Of a DNA stretch of 64,000 nt, positions 28,308-41,798 are shown piece by piece; within the stretch, counting starts at the first letter, position 1, and each line of letters opens with the position of its first letter. Position numbers and translations under genes: made by a program. Origin of the DNA: Octopus vulgaris (Eukaryota); NCBI GenBank assembly GCA_951406725.2, contig OX597831.1:19778001-19842000 (forward strand), given 5' to 3'. The notes beneath the pieces are model-generated. The model did no database searches, was not told the origin of the DNA, and saw nothing but the letters and a program-made list of their open reading frames with translations.

Positions 28308-28459
28308 GAGTGGCTATGTGGTAAGAAACTTGTTTCCCGACCACATGGTTCCGGGTTCAGTCCCACTGCGTGACACCTTGGGCAAGTGTCTTCTACTAAA
28401 GCCTCGGGCCAACCAAAGTCTTGTGAATTAATTTAATAGACGGAAACTGAAAGCCCGTC

Positions 28460-28513
<54 letters not shown>

Positions 28514-28745
28514 ATGTGTGTGTATGTGTGAATGTGTTTCTTTTTTTGTGTATGTGTTTCTCCCCCACCCCACAATCACTTGACAACCGATGTTGGTGCG
28601 TTTACGTCCCCGTCACACTGCGGTTCGGCAAAAAGAGAACAATAGAATAAGTACTAGGGTTACGAAAATTGAGTCCTGCGGTTGATTTATTCGACTAAAG
28701 GTGGTACTCTAGCATGGCCGCAACCAAATGACTGTAACAAAAGAA
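28308..28745 (+). mobile_element. Dominant SINE
   Basis: Head, internal microsatellite and tail all present. Confidence 0.85.
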
Positions 28746-28954
28746 ATGTGTTTATTTATATATATATATATATATATATACATATATATATACATATATA
28801 TATGTGTATATATATATATGTATATGTATATATATATATACATATACATATATATATACATATATATATACACATATATATATATATTTATGTATATAAT
28901 ATATATATACTTATATATATATATACATATATATACATATATATATAATATATA

Positions 28955-29004
<50 letters not shown>

Positions 29005-29012
<8 letters not shown>

Positions 29013-29528
29013 ACAAAATAATAAATAAAACATATGCATATATACATACATATATGTACATACCCAGATCTATATGTATATATACGTGTACATAGGGGTA
29101 CAGGACATTAAAGAGAAAACGTAGAACACAATGAGAAACGAAAACATAAAAAGAAAAACATGGAAACGGACTCTTTTCAAATAACGAAAAAACAGAGTAC
29201 AAGACATACAACGCGAGGAATATTCCCCTTCTTCAGCTGCCCCTGTTTCGACTACTCCGTGTTTCGAAGGTCACGGAGTAGTCGAAACAGGGGCAGCTGA
29301 AGAAGGGGAATATTCCTCGCGTTGTATGTCTTGTACTCTGTTTTTTCGTTATTTGAAAAGAGTCCGTTTCCATGTTTTTCTTTTTATGTTTTCGTTTCTC
29401 ATTGTGTTCTACGTTTTCTCTTTAATGTCCTGTACCCCTATGTACACGTATATATACATATAGATCTGGGTATGTACATATATGTATGTATATATGCATA
29501 TGTTTTATTTATTATTTTGTTATTATAT
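29005..29528. repeat. Near-perfect palindrome, ~257-bp arms, 10-nt loop
   Basis: Arms 29005-29261 and 29272-29528; mirror-identical ORFs start at 29211(-) and 29322(+); single-arm relative at ~57725-57980. Confidence 0.9.
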
Positions 29529-29587
29529 GATCGACCGCCACGCATCCACTTCCAAGTAAGTTATATATATATATATATATATATATA

Positions 29588-30258
29588 TAAGCCCTGCCAA
29601 TATACACATATATTAGAAGTTTCTCTGACTTCTCAGATTTTTTGTATGCTGGACTACTGGTTTTAAATTGATATTAATATTAATTTATTTCCCTCATTAT
29701 CATTATTTATTATTTAAATATTGAAATAAATACGTTCTCTAGTAGTAAGCACCAACCGCAGTGAATTATTCACTGCAGCCCTTCGCCTCAGGAATTTATT
29801 AGCGCGCCAGAACCAAGACATTTGAAATTTTATCCCTAGTGTAATCGGTAAAGCTAAACACGTGTCTGTCCTGGCACGAAAAGCTGGAGTTAGCTTTTTC
29901 AGTTTACATTACAATGAACGAATGCACTGAAGAAGCACGGACATTTGAATTACGTAAGTAATTCTTTTGTTAAAGGCCGAAACCGAGGTATGCATTTAAT
30001 TCTGTTTTTTATATAAATTTTCATCTGTCCTGCCCGCCAAATTTGGTTCTGGTGTTCGCTGAATATTTTCCTCTAGAGAATTCCCTTTTAGTTTGATCGT
30101 TGATGGTCTATTTCTAGCATTCGGCCGACTTCCTAGCAGTAAGCCCTGCCAATATACACATATATTAGAATTTTCTCTGACTTCTCAGATTTTTTGTATG
30201 CTGGACTACTGGTTTTAAATTGATATTAAAATTAATTTATCTCCCTCATTATTTATTA
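29588..30258 (+). mobile_element. Retrozyme/pLTR-like element, 552-bp period, with hammerhead at 29921-29996
   Basis: ~115-bp direct repeat at 29588 and 30140; aatgca-CTGAAGA-stem II-GAAAccgaggTA-tgcatt. Confidence 0.8.
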
Positions 30259-30637
30259 TATATATATATATATATACGTGCACGCGTTCGTCTGTGTGTA
30301 TGTACGTACGTGTGTATACGTGTTTATTGTCAAGCACGCTAATATGTATGTGTGTACTTACGGAATGGGTATGTGTATATTTGTGCGCGCATGTGTCTGT
30401 GTTTGACGGTTGCACGCGTTTTGTTTGTTGTTATGTATTAGAGTGCGAGTGCACGCGACGGAGTGGATTGTGTGAGGGCGGAGACAAGTCTGTGTGAGTG
30501 AATGTGAGTGTGTGCGTGTGTGATGCGTCTGTATGCGCGTATGGAATTTTTACTACCTGGGAGTGTATGTTTATATGCAAATACCTGTTTGCGCATGCAT
30601 GTGTATTTATATATGTGTCTGTCTGTCTGTGAGTGTC

Positions 30638-30681
<44 letters not shown>

Positions 30682-30839
30682 CGTGTGTGTGTATGTATGT
30701 GTGTGTGTGTCTGTGTTTCTGTATCAGGAGTTTATATATGTGCATATATGAAAGCATTATCCAGCAAATTTTTATACCTTGTTGTAGTTGCGACCGTCCA
30801 CATTAAACTACTGCAGTCGCTATTTCACTTGCGCAAGAA

Positions 30840-31150
30840 CAACACCAGGAGGAAACAACAGGATCAACAATAGCGGTGCAGCACCAACAGCGGCAGCACC
30901 AACAGCAGCGCAACAGCAGCAGCAGCCGCAGCAGGGCTAGCCACGGCGATGGCAGCGGAAATAACTACAACAAACAACCACAGAGACAACAGCGGTGGGG
31001 GCAGCGGCAGCGACGGCGACAACGGTGGAGGCGGCAGCGGCGGTGGGGGCAGCGGCGGTAGGGGCAGTGGCGGTGGGGGCAGCGGCGGAGGCAGCGGCGG
31101 GGGCTGCGGCGGAGGCAGCGGCGGAGGCAGCGGCGACTACAGCGGCAGCA
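30840..31150. repeat. GC-rich (CAG/GGC)-derived low-complexity tract
   Basis: Imperfect triplet repeats. Confidence 0.8.
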
Positions 31151-31192
31151 AGCCATTTCCGTTTTTCCCATGCACGCACACACTCACATACA

Positions 31193-31229
<37 letters not shown>

Positions 31230-31471
31230 TCTCTCTTTTTCTCTGTCTCCCTCTCTCTCTCATACACATACATACGTACATACATATATTCTTTTATTCT
31301 TTTAGTTGTTTCAGTCATTTGACTGCGGCCATACTGGAGCACTGACTTTAGCAGAACAAATCGACCTATTCTTTGAAAGCCTTGTACTTATTGAATTGGT
31401 CCCTTTGGCCGAACTGCTAAGTTACAGGTATGTAAGCACATCAAGCGGTTGCGGGGGTGGCAAACACAGAC

Positions 31472-31577
<106 letters not shown>

Positions 31578-32087
31578 CCGTAACGGAAGACAAAATTCTA
31601 CGGTGCAGAAGTTTGCTGTGTGGTAAGAAACTTGCTTACCAACCACGTGGTTCGGGTTCAGTCCCACTGCGTGGCACCTTGGGCAAGTGCCTTCTACTAT
31701 AACCCCGGGCTCACCAAAGTAAAAGAGTAAAAGAGTATATATATATATATATTCGTATATGTATTTATGTATATATACATATGTATGTTTGTACATTTGC
31801 CCGTACCCCTCTATCAGTTGGTTGTGCAAAGTAGTAGCGGTTGGAGTTGAGATTACATTGACATGTGGGGCATGGGATATGACCCGATGCTGGTGGTGAC
31901 GAGGACAAGGGGTTTTGAAGTCAAGAAATTTAATAAGGAGTTGCTAATGCTGCTGCTGCTGCTGCTGCTGCTGTTGCTGCTGGTGATGATGGTGACGATG
32001 ATGATGACGAAGATGATGATGACGGCGGCGACTGCAATAAAAGTAATAATGCTGACGACGACGATGATCATAATGCTGATGATAATA

Positions 32088-32310
32088 AGGCGAGGAGCTG
32101 GCAGAACCGTTAGCACGACGGGCGAAATGCGTAGCCGTATTTCGTCTGCCGTTACGTTCTGAGTTCAAATTCCGCCGTGGTTGACTTTACCTTTCATCCT
32201 TTCGGGGTCGATAAATAAAGTACCAGTTTCGCACTGGGGTCGATGTAATCGACTTAATCCGTTTGTCAGTCCCCTCTATGTTTAGCCCCTTGTGGGTAAT
32301 AAAGAAACAG
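32088..32310 (+). mobile_element. SINE, Nin/Deu-like-core family
   Basis: GGCGAGGAGCTGGCAGAACCGTTAGCAC...GAGTTCAAATTCC...TTTCATCCTTTCGGGGTCGATAAA. Confidence 0.8.
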
Positions 32311-33442
32311 ATCATAATGCTGATGAAGAGGACGCTGCTGCTGCTAATGAAGATGATGATGATGATAGTCTTAGTGGTAGTAGAGGTGGTGGTGACGATA
32401 ATGACGATAATAACGATGATTATGTATAATCGCTCTCCTTATAGTCTGTCTCGACCCACCCCACCCCCACCCCCAACCTCGCTTCCCCTTTTTCTTTGAT
32501 GTCTCCAGTCTGTTTTAACTGCAGTGTGTCACAGTCAAACAAGGGCTTCAATGCTCATCACTCACCGCCTTCAGACATCCCCCTGACATCCCCCACCGGT
32601 CTCCTCACCCACCCGCATTCCCAACCCACAACACGCTCTTACTCACCCCGAGGAGGGAGCTTTACCTTGGCCCGTTCCAGCTACACGAAAACTAGCAACG
32701 AGATCTCCCTCAAATAATTAAAATCCCCGCCCTTTCTCTTTCCCCCTCCCCCACACCACTTTTTTTTCTTTTTAAGAAATGACACATTGAGTTCCAAGCC
32801 CATAGAAAACAGATGGGAGAGATAGCCACGGCTGGAATTCATTTGAGTGTATTTGTATGCGATCGGAACATTTCTGGAACTAAATAGCATACACACATAC
32901 ACACACACACGCACATACGCACGTGTGTCCACACACACGCACACATTCGCACGTACACGCACGCACACACGTACGAGGGAGTGCTGAATATTTCCTCGCT
33001 TTGGGTAGAAGGAAATACAGGAGGATCAGTCAGTTATGATTTTATTCATCCCCTCACACATTCAGACACTTATTGCAGTGGCCCTACAGTTTTTCCAACC
33101 CCTATAAAAGAACTCCGATGGTTAGGCATCCAACCAGGCCTTTCGCGATATTCTTAAATTCAGGAATTTTTCAGCATTCCTTCTTATATATAATTTCGCT
33201 ACCAAAATTCGTAAGAATCAAGGCACATCAATTCGTAGGACGCCAGAAGTGGCTGGGTACTGTGACACAGAGCTTACATTGCAATAAACAACATTGAAAA
33301 CATCAAGTATTGGAAAGATACCGTAGTTTGCAGGTACCAAATCTAGTTTAAACCATAGATCCGTCTCAGGAGTGGATCCTTGGTGAGGCACGAGCATGTG
33401 TATGTGTGAATGTGTGTGTGTATATGTGTGTATGTATGTGTG

Positions 33443-33502
<60 letters not shown>

Positions 33503-33527
33503 CATATATATATATATACATGGGGTA

Positions 33528-33580
<53 letters not shown>

Positions 33581-33645
33581 GGTATATATATACATATATA
33601 TATATATACATATACATAAATATATATATATGGCGTATGGATATA

Positions 33646-34050
33646 TCTATATATATATAAAACTCAACTTGTGTGTCTGTGTGTGTATCTGTGTGTGTGT
33701 CTGTGTGTTAACTCCCCGGCACATCTCCTAGCCAACAAATCGTAGAACCACCAAAAATGGATCACTTAAAGTTTAGGCGAATGAAAATTGAACTGCACTA
33801 TTTCTGTTCCGAAATTCATCTCGCAAGTGCAAAAATCGATAATGTGTTTGTTTAGGCCTTATCCCATGCATTGAATAGTGAACTTTACTCAGTCAGCTGT
33901 TTAACATGAACCGTGTTCACCACACGTGCAAGCATGCGTAAATTACATGAAAAATAAAAAGTCAAGATATAAAAACGAATCGCCGTAAACATTGTAGAAA
34001 TTCGGCAAAGAAAGGAATTTTCGGGATGTAGCCTGGAGGGTTTTTTCGTA

Positions 34051-34091
<41 letters not shown>

Positions 34092-34092
34092 T

Positions 34093-34172
<80 letters not shown>

Positions 34173-35694
34173 TGATTGATTGATTGATTGATTCTAGTTT
34201 CAGCTTATGAGCTGTGGCCATGCTGGGGCACCGCCATTTGGTGTTGCTACTTGGTTTCACTTCATGGAGGCTTTCTAGCAACTGCTATTTGGTGCATGAG
34301 AGAGTTCGATGCAGCTGCCCTCATCTGCCCCTCCTGCCGTGAAGTTGGTTCATCTGGGACACCTGACAGGAAGAGATCCAGCTTCATTTTAAAGACATCT
34401 GTATCCACCCCATGCAGGTCTCTCAGGTTCTTCGGGAGGATATTGAAGAGCTGTGGGCCTCGGAAGCCCAGGCTATCACAGAATCTTGTCCTACATCTTG
34501 ATGGCAGGTTTGGAGTCCTAGGCACCACGCAGTGGCGCCCAGTTCTGGCATTTGCGTAACTCTCGATGCCAAAGTTCAGGACACTTCCCTCCAGGATCTT
34601 CCAGATGTATATTATGGCATATCTTTCCCGCCTACGCTCCAGGGAATATAATTTTAATCTCTTGAGTCTTTCCCAGTAGCTTACATTCTGCATAGAGGCT
34701 ATCTTCTTTGTGTAGCTTCGTTGGATCGCCTCAAGTTCTGTGATCAACTTGACACTGGATGGTGACCATAGCTGAGAGCAATAGTCAAAGTGGCTTAGGA
34801 CAAGTGTCTTCCAGAGGACCATCATGGTTTCTTGTTCTCTTGTTCTAAAGGTTCTAAGAATCCATCCAGCCAGCCGTCTACATTTCATTGTCAGTTTAGC
34901 AACATGTACATGAAAGGTCGCGTCATCACTCATGTGAATACCCAGGTCACGCACTGATTGTGCCTCTGGGATTGCAATCCCTCCGGGTCCAGTGTATTCA
35001 TTGGGTATTGCATTCAGTTTTGCATGCTGATAGTATAAAGCTTGAAACTTTCCAGCATTGAACTGCATGCTATTCTTTTCAGCCCACTTGTATATTTCGT
35101 CCAGCTCACATTGCAGGTGTTTAGTGTCCTCAGGGTTCTGTATTGCCTGTGAAACTTTTGTATCATCTGCATAACTTGTGATCGTGGCTCTCTGCGTGGC
35201 TGAGGGCATGTCTGAGAGGGCCATTATGAACAGTAGTGGTCCCAGAACAGTGCCCTGCGGAACACCGCTCACTATTTGTGTGTTAATGGAGGTGGCCCCA
35301 TTGGCTACTACCACCTGACTTCTATCCTTCAGAAAGTCATGAAGCCATTCTCCCAGTTTTCCAACTATGTTGAGATCACGCAGTTTGTGACATATCATTC
35401 CATGATCGACTTTATCAAAGGCCTTTGCAAAGTCGAGATATATCACTTCCACATTTGAGTGGTTGAGCAGCCGTTTCAGCACCCAGTCATAGTGTTGTAG
35501 GAGCTGAGTTAAACAGCTTCTCCCTGGTCGGAAACCATGTTGGGTGTCGGGCAGCAAGTCATTCTCTTCAAGGAAGGTGATCAGCTTCCTTCTGACTATT
35601 CGTTCCATGACCTTGCTGATGTGTGAGGTCAGAGAGATAGGTCTATAGTTCTTGGCTTCCGCTCTGCTACCTCCTTTATGAATGGGGCATATTT

Positions 35695-35769
<75 letters not shown>

Positions 35770-36059
35770 TATACATATATATATATATGAGAGTTTGATA
35801 GAAGAATGTTAACTCTTCCTTCCGTAGAAGAAAAATATTCAAATCGGACCATGTTAACACCAAAAATTATTTACATCAAAACGGTGCCTTTTTTCTATGA
35901 AAATCCCTATTTTATACGATGTTGTGACTGCTGTGTCGCCATTTTTCGGTGTATTTCACTTAAAGAGAATAACAAGCTACATACTGCCAAATTTTAACTT
36001 TTCAAAAATTCCAATTCTAAAAGGTCTAAACAAACCGCAACGCCGGGGGATACTGCTAG
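33646..36059 (+). mobile_element. Putative non-autonomous Helitron split by a LINE insertion
   Basis: 5' TCTATATATATATAAAA+(GTCT/GT)n at 33646; 3' GCAACGCCGGG..TACTGCTAG at 36059, like the intact element at 55952-56333. Confidence 0.5.
34170..35698 (-). mobile_element. 5'-truncated CR1-group LINE, uninterrupted RT frame
   Basis: YRPISLTS, QHGFRPGRSC, LDFAKAFD, GVPQGTVLGP, YADD, RDLG, LERRR; (CAAT)n tail; flanked by (TA)n. Confidence 0.93.
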
Positions 36060-36180
<121 letters not shown>

Positions 36181-36296
36181 GTTTAGGAATTTGTGTTGTA
36201 AGGTTCCTGGTGTGGAACCGTGTTCTGAAACAGATATTATTGTATTTCGGGATGGTCTTTTTTCTTTTTTTTTTTTGCGAGAGAGAGGCTCCCTTT

Positions 36297-36388
36297 CTTT
36301 CCTGATGAGAAGATTGCATCTTATTGCATCTTACACCGTTTATTCCTTTGGAATAAAACCATGTTGTCTTCGAAACATATGTCGAAAG
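36297..36388 (+). ncRNA. Canonical-core hammerhead motif (GUC site)
   Basis: ctttc-CTGATGA-gaagat...gtcttc-GAAAcatatgTC-gaaag; palindromic stem III ACATATGT. Confidence 0.85.
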
Positions 36389-36439
36389 TAAAGGAATTTT
36401 ATTAACATCTTCGTTCAAATCCATTTATTTATTTATTTA

Positions 36440-36482
<43 letters not shown>

Positions 36483-36486
<4 letters not shown>

Positions 36487-37345
36487 GCTGCTATGGGTAA
36501 ATTCTCGCCATTTTATACTTTTAATTTCGTGCAAGCGCATTGTTTGTTTTTTATTTCGTCGACTCCACAGTATAGTAGGGTCAGTTGAGCACCGTCTGTG
36601 AGAAAATAACAGAACCCTGACACAATTCATTCTTCGACAGATTTGGAGACGACATGCTGTACTGCTTGACATTCGCGCCGGAAGCTCCAATACGAACATT
36701 TCAGAGTGTTTGGGTGTCAATCTGAGGACAGCACAATCTGAGGACATGTACCGAGAGTGATAAAAATCAAACATCCAGTCAACATCATGGTGTTTGGAGT
36801 GATTATTAGTGGCAGCGTCAGACTCAACACGGAAGCTTACATCAAGTACCTGGAGGAGGTAGTGCTGCCCCGGGTCAAGAGTTGGGTGCATCTTGAAGAC
36901 CCTATGTCTGGCAACAGGATTCTGCACCATGCCACACAAGCATGAGAACCCAGTCATGGCTGTCAGACAATTTCTGCGACCACATCATCCCTAACATCTG
37001 GCCACCTAACTCCCCAGACTGCAAACCCTTGATTATTATGTGTGAGGTGCAGTTGAGCGAGAAACCAACAAAACTCCTTGTAACACCAAAGATTAACTAA
37101 AGACAAGGATTATGGCAGCATTCACCAACGTAAACGAGGAGACTGTCCAGAATGTGTTGCATCAGATTCTGAAGTCGTCTAGAGGCCGAGGTTGAAACCA
37201 ATGGCGATTTTGTTGAATAAATTTACACTTTAGTGTTTCAAGATATTTTTACGTAATTTTGATAAATATATCTCTTAAAATGAAATGTCAGTGCAATTTT
37301 CATTTTTGCAAAATTTAGGTGACATCTTATTCACCTCGCATGTGT
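36483..37345 (+). mobile_element. Decayed Tc1/mariner transposon (maT/DD37D-like)
   Basis: KHPVNIMVFGVI, WQQDSAPCH, WPPNSPDCKPLDY across frameshifts; degenerate TIRs. Confidence 0.8.
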
Positions 37346-37559
37346 GTGTATGTGTGTGTGTGTGTTTGTTTGTTATTATTTGCAACGTAAAATAGAGAGC
37401 GAAGATATATACAAGGCGAAGACAAAAGTTATCTGTTTCTTTAAGTTGGACGGACCGCTTTCACCGCTAACGTACTAAAAGGTGTTACTTGGTAATTATG
37501 TAACCGAATTTTGACCTTGAATACCATAGTTGTCTGTTTTGTGTAACAGAGTAAATATG

Positions 37560-37885
37560 GTCGCACTGCTGGAAGAGTGCACCAAGAGTGTGTCTCTTGT
37601 CTTTATGCGCATCCCTTCTGTGTTCTTCAAACTCGTTGACCGCATTGAAGATCGTGTGGCGCAGGCATCACGGCCCGCAGCCAGGTTCGTCCAGCATTGG
37701 TGGTCAACATGACAGGCGGTGAGAGACTTTTTGAGGCAGTATTTGAAGCGTTTCCTCGGGGCTCCTCTCTCACGGTGGCCGGTGGATAGTTCGCCAAACA
37801 GGGCAGTCTAAGAAAGGCGATGGTTCTCCATTCTGCAGACATGCCCTGCCCATTGGAGGTCAGTAGCATGGCTTCAATGCTGGGG
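37560..37885 (-). mobile_element. RTE-clade LINE C-terminal fragment
   Basis: WAGHVCRMENHR..ALFGELSTGHRERGAPRKRFK motif. Confidence 0.75.
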
Positions 37886-37928
<43 letters not shown>

Positions 37929-38112
37929 CTAAATGGTCGGAATACGAGACTAGAAAAACAGCCAACAGCTGATGAGGAGTCGTTCCTTATGTTGTTTGTT
38001 TTGTTTTCCATTTGTGTCTTTCGCTGCTCAAAAGAATAATTTGTTCGACGTGTTTGTGCTTCGTATTTTTGTGTTGTACAAGTTTCATGACGTCCTGACG
38101 TCCTGTGCCCAC

Positions 38113-38148
<36 letters not shown>

Positions 38149-38491
38149 TGTGTGTGCGCGTGTGTGTGTGCGTGTGTGTGTATGTGTGTGTGTGCGTGTG
38201 TGTGCGTGTGCATGTGTGTGTGTGTCTATGTATATGTTTGTGTGTCTGTGTTTAGCCCCCCCCCCCCAACATCGCTTGACAACCGATGCTGGTGTCTACG
38301 TTCCCGTAACTTAGTGGTTCGGCAAAAGGGAATGATAGAATAAGTACTAGGCTTACAGAGAATAAATCCTGGGGCCGATTTGCTCGACTAAAGGCGGTGC
38401 TCAAGCATGGCCACAGTCAAATGACTGAAACAAGTAAAAGAGTAAAATAATATATATAGACAGAGAGAGACAGGGAGACGGATATACATCC

Positions 38492-38541
<50 letters not shown>

Positions 38542-39244
38542 ATATATATATGTATGTATGTATGTATATATATATATGTATGTATATGTATATATATGTA
38601 TGTATGTTCGTTTGTTTTCCACCTGCCTTCGTCTTTTGTCTATTTTCATAAAGCTTCCCGTTATATATATATATGTAAGTGTGTATGTATATGCGTAATG
38701 TATATGCGTATGTTTATGTATATATATATAACCGCGAACTAACATACAGAACTTGTTGGTTATCTGACACTTGAAGCCGGAGGAACATCAATGAGAGACA
38801 GAATAGTGGAACAGAGGATTCCTTTGATCCAACACATAAACGACCATGTAATGGTAGCAAGGTTTATTTAAAGGCGATCTTCTATTCGCTTAGCCACGAC
38901 ATGATCACGGCCTATGTACAGTCTGTTGTCTGCTGGCTCACTGTCGTCTGTCACTAGCCTCGGCTTTGGCCCTTCACTGATTATTAATCATAATCTGGTT
39001 TATTCACAGCTGATTCCTCTATCTTTATATCTCTATATCTATAACTACATCTAAGTGGCTAGTCCAATGTCGGTCACTTGTGGATACGCCCTAAAGTTGT
39101 GCAACTCTAGAATATATTATATATATATATACATTATATATATATACATTATACATTATATATATATATATACATATACACAAATACACATTCTCACTTG
39201 TGCATGTGTGTGTGTGTGATATATGTGTGTATATATATATTTTT

Positions 39245-39634
39245 TTTTTTACTTGTTTCAGTCATTTGACTGCGGCCATGCTGGAGCACTGCCTTTAGTC
39301 GAGCAAATCGACCCCGGGACTTATTCTTTGTAAGCCCAGTACTTATTCTATCGGCCTCTTTTGCCGAATCGCTAAGTGACGGGGACGTAAACACACCAGC
39401 ATCGGTTGTCAAGCAATGCTAGGGGGACAAACACAGACACACAAACACACACATACATATATACATATATACGACAGGCTTCTTTCAGTTTCCGTCTACC
39501 AAATCCACTCACAAGGCTTTGGTCGGCCCGAAGTTATAGCAGAAGACACTTGCCCAAGATGCCACACAGTGGGACTGAACCCGGAAACATGTGGTTGGTT
39601 AGCAAGCTACTTACCACACAGCCACTCCTGCGCC
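39245..39634 (-). mobile_element. Full-length dominant SINE
   Basis: Near-consensus head and tail. Confidence 0.9.
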
Positions 39635-39641
39635 TATTATA

Positions 39642-39705
<64 letters not shown>

Positions 39706-39731
39706 TATATACTAGTATATATATATATATA

Positions 39732-40887
39732 CTAACATTAAAGACCCGTCGTTGCCGGGTCATAGTGCTAGTGCATGTATATATGTGTATATATATGTGT
39801 ACATATTACATGTACATCTATATATATACAATGGTTGTATACTGTCACGTTAAATTGACAGTATACAAACATTCTATCGCGCCACCACCGTACATATCTC
39901 TATGAGATATTTAGAAATTTAATATTTCTGATATATATATATACATCTACACATAAAATACAAAATACAAAGTTATATCTTGATATCGCTAGTGTTAACA
40001 ATACTCAAAATATATAACAGACTGGAATTGTAAGCCCGTCTCTTGCAATTTCGATCAATTGTATCTTGTCGTCCCTCTTGTATAGAAGTGTGGCTACAAT
40101 CCAGCCTGCCTCTACTTCGGGGGGGGGGCATTTAAAATATTTTTCCGGGTCGTCCTACGTCCCAGATATGAAGGTAAAAATAAAATATTTCCACTTTGCA
40201 AGTTCGAGTCGAGTACTCCCTTGCACCATGATACTTTTCGAAGGTGGTTTCCTCCATGTGTTCAAATCTTTTTTCTCTACATTGTGTACTTTATAGACAA
40301 TAGTATTTTCTTTAATTTAATCTTTTATTACCCATCTGGACTATTCCATTTCTGCACGCTAATTTTATTTTAAATTTATTCCCATTCATGTGAAACCACT
40401 TATTCAAGTTCAAATCATTGATGCAATTTTATACCAATTGCTATTTTTACTTTTGTCATGTTACTTTAGTTTGATTTTAATTATTACTTACTACATACAA
40501 TTCAATTGTTATTATTAATTTTATTGTTAAAGTGAAAGTATCTGACATAAAATAGAGAAACGTTTTTGTTTCACTTTTAACACGTTATACTGAAATTGTG
40601 GAGAAGATATGATATTGCTATGGGCTCGCTCTAGGCAAGAAGTTGAACATTTTTTGGCTCATGAATCTACATGGACCCTAAGTAAGGCATGTGTAAAATT
40701 TGAATGGAATTGGTTGTCAAGTTCTCCAGTTTTAGGGAATCGTAGTAGAGAAGATATGATATTGCTGTGGGCTCGCCCAAGGCAAAAAGTTAAAATCTTT
40801 TGCCGATGACACTCCCCGGACCCTAAGTAAGGCATGTGTAAAATTTGATGGAATTGGTTGTGTAGTTCTCATGTTTTAGGGAAACAC

Positions 40888-40922
<35 letters not shown>

Positions 40923-40944
40923 TTCTCAGTTGTATATATAAAGA
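39732..40944 (-). mobile_element. Non-autonomous Helitron, copy 1
   Basis: 5' TCTTTATATATAC+(GTCT)n; 3' hairpin ACCCGGCAACGACGGGT then TTAG (CTAG in copy 2). Confidence 0.75.
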
Positions 40945-41056
40945 TATATATAGGTAGGTCATATTTTCCGTTTGTTGTCTTTTTATTTAATCCTGAAAAT
41001 ATTATTTATGTAACGCACCCACTCATTAATTTTATACAATTATATTTATATATAAA

Positions 41057-41230
41057 GTTAATCCAAACATGAAAACACAAAGAGAAAACACAACAACGCG
41101 AAGACGTGGAACAAATATAGTTATTATTGGACGCTCTGGAAGGAAGGGAAGAAGGAAGGTTTCAACGTTTCGAGCGGAGCTCTTCGTCGGAAACATAGGA
41201 GAAGGTAAGATCCAGAGAAGGAAAGACAGG
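41057..41230 (-). mobile_element. Second copy of the 12246 repeat, hammerhead-like motif at 41159-41194
   Basis: High identity to 12246-12420. Confidence 0.7.
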
Positions 41231-41322
41231 AAAATATATATATATATATATATATTTCAGCGGTGGTGCCCCAGCATGGCCGCTGCCTTCGGGCTAAAAT
41301 ATTTTTAAGGATTTAAATTTAA

Positions 41323-41393
<71 letters not shown>

Positions 41394-41525
41394 AGTTCAG
41401 CAAAATTTAGATTCAAATGAATATGGTACTTAAGTTAGATGCACCTGAATTTTGTATGGTGTTATCCATATAAATCCATGGGGTGATTATAATCAAAATA
41501 AGCAACAAGAATAACTTCGGTAATT

Positions 41526-41609
41526 TGGTACGATCGTTTCACGCTACATCATTTTATTAAATATTGTAAGTATTACAACAGTTTTAAAATGTTGAGTAAT
41601 CATCGGCCA
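41526..41609 (-). ncRNA. Hammerhead-like motif, long stem II, U4C core
   Basis: tgg-CCGATGA-...cattttA...Taaaatg...-GAAAcgatcgTA-cca. Confidence 0.6.
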
Positions 41610-41798
41610 TTTATAGAGGTTTCCATTAATACATAATTTTCATATCAATTGATAACATTATAGAGAAGGTAGATATATAGACAAAGATATCGATTTAAAT
41701 TTTAAGAACATTAAGGTAGTAGAGTTTATCTTCTGACTGAAGAATATTCATTAAGTTATTTTGAACTGCTTGAAGGTTGGGAAGTATATATATATATA

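Noticed and set aside
30876-31345. Gln/Gly/Ala-rich ORFs
   Set aside because: Low-complexity triplet tract open in several frames; no domain or splice support
34262-35863. 533-aa and 588-aa (51371-53137) ORFs as host genes
   Set aside because: 5'-truncated LINE reverse transcriptases; their N-termini come from microsatellite or frameshifted sequence
37969-37990. CTGATGA followed by a small hairpin
   Set aside because: No GAAA follows the stem
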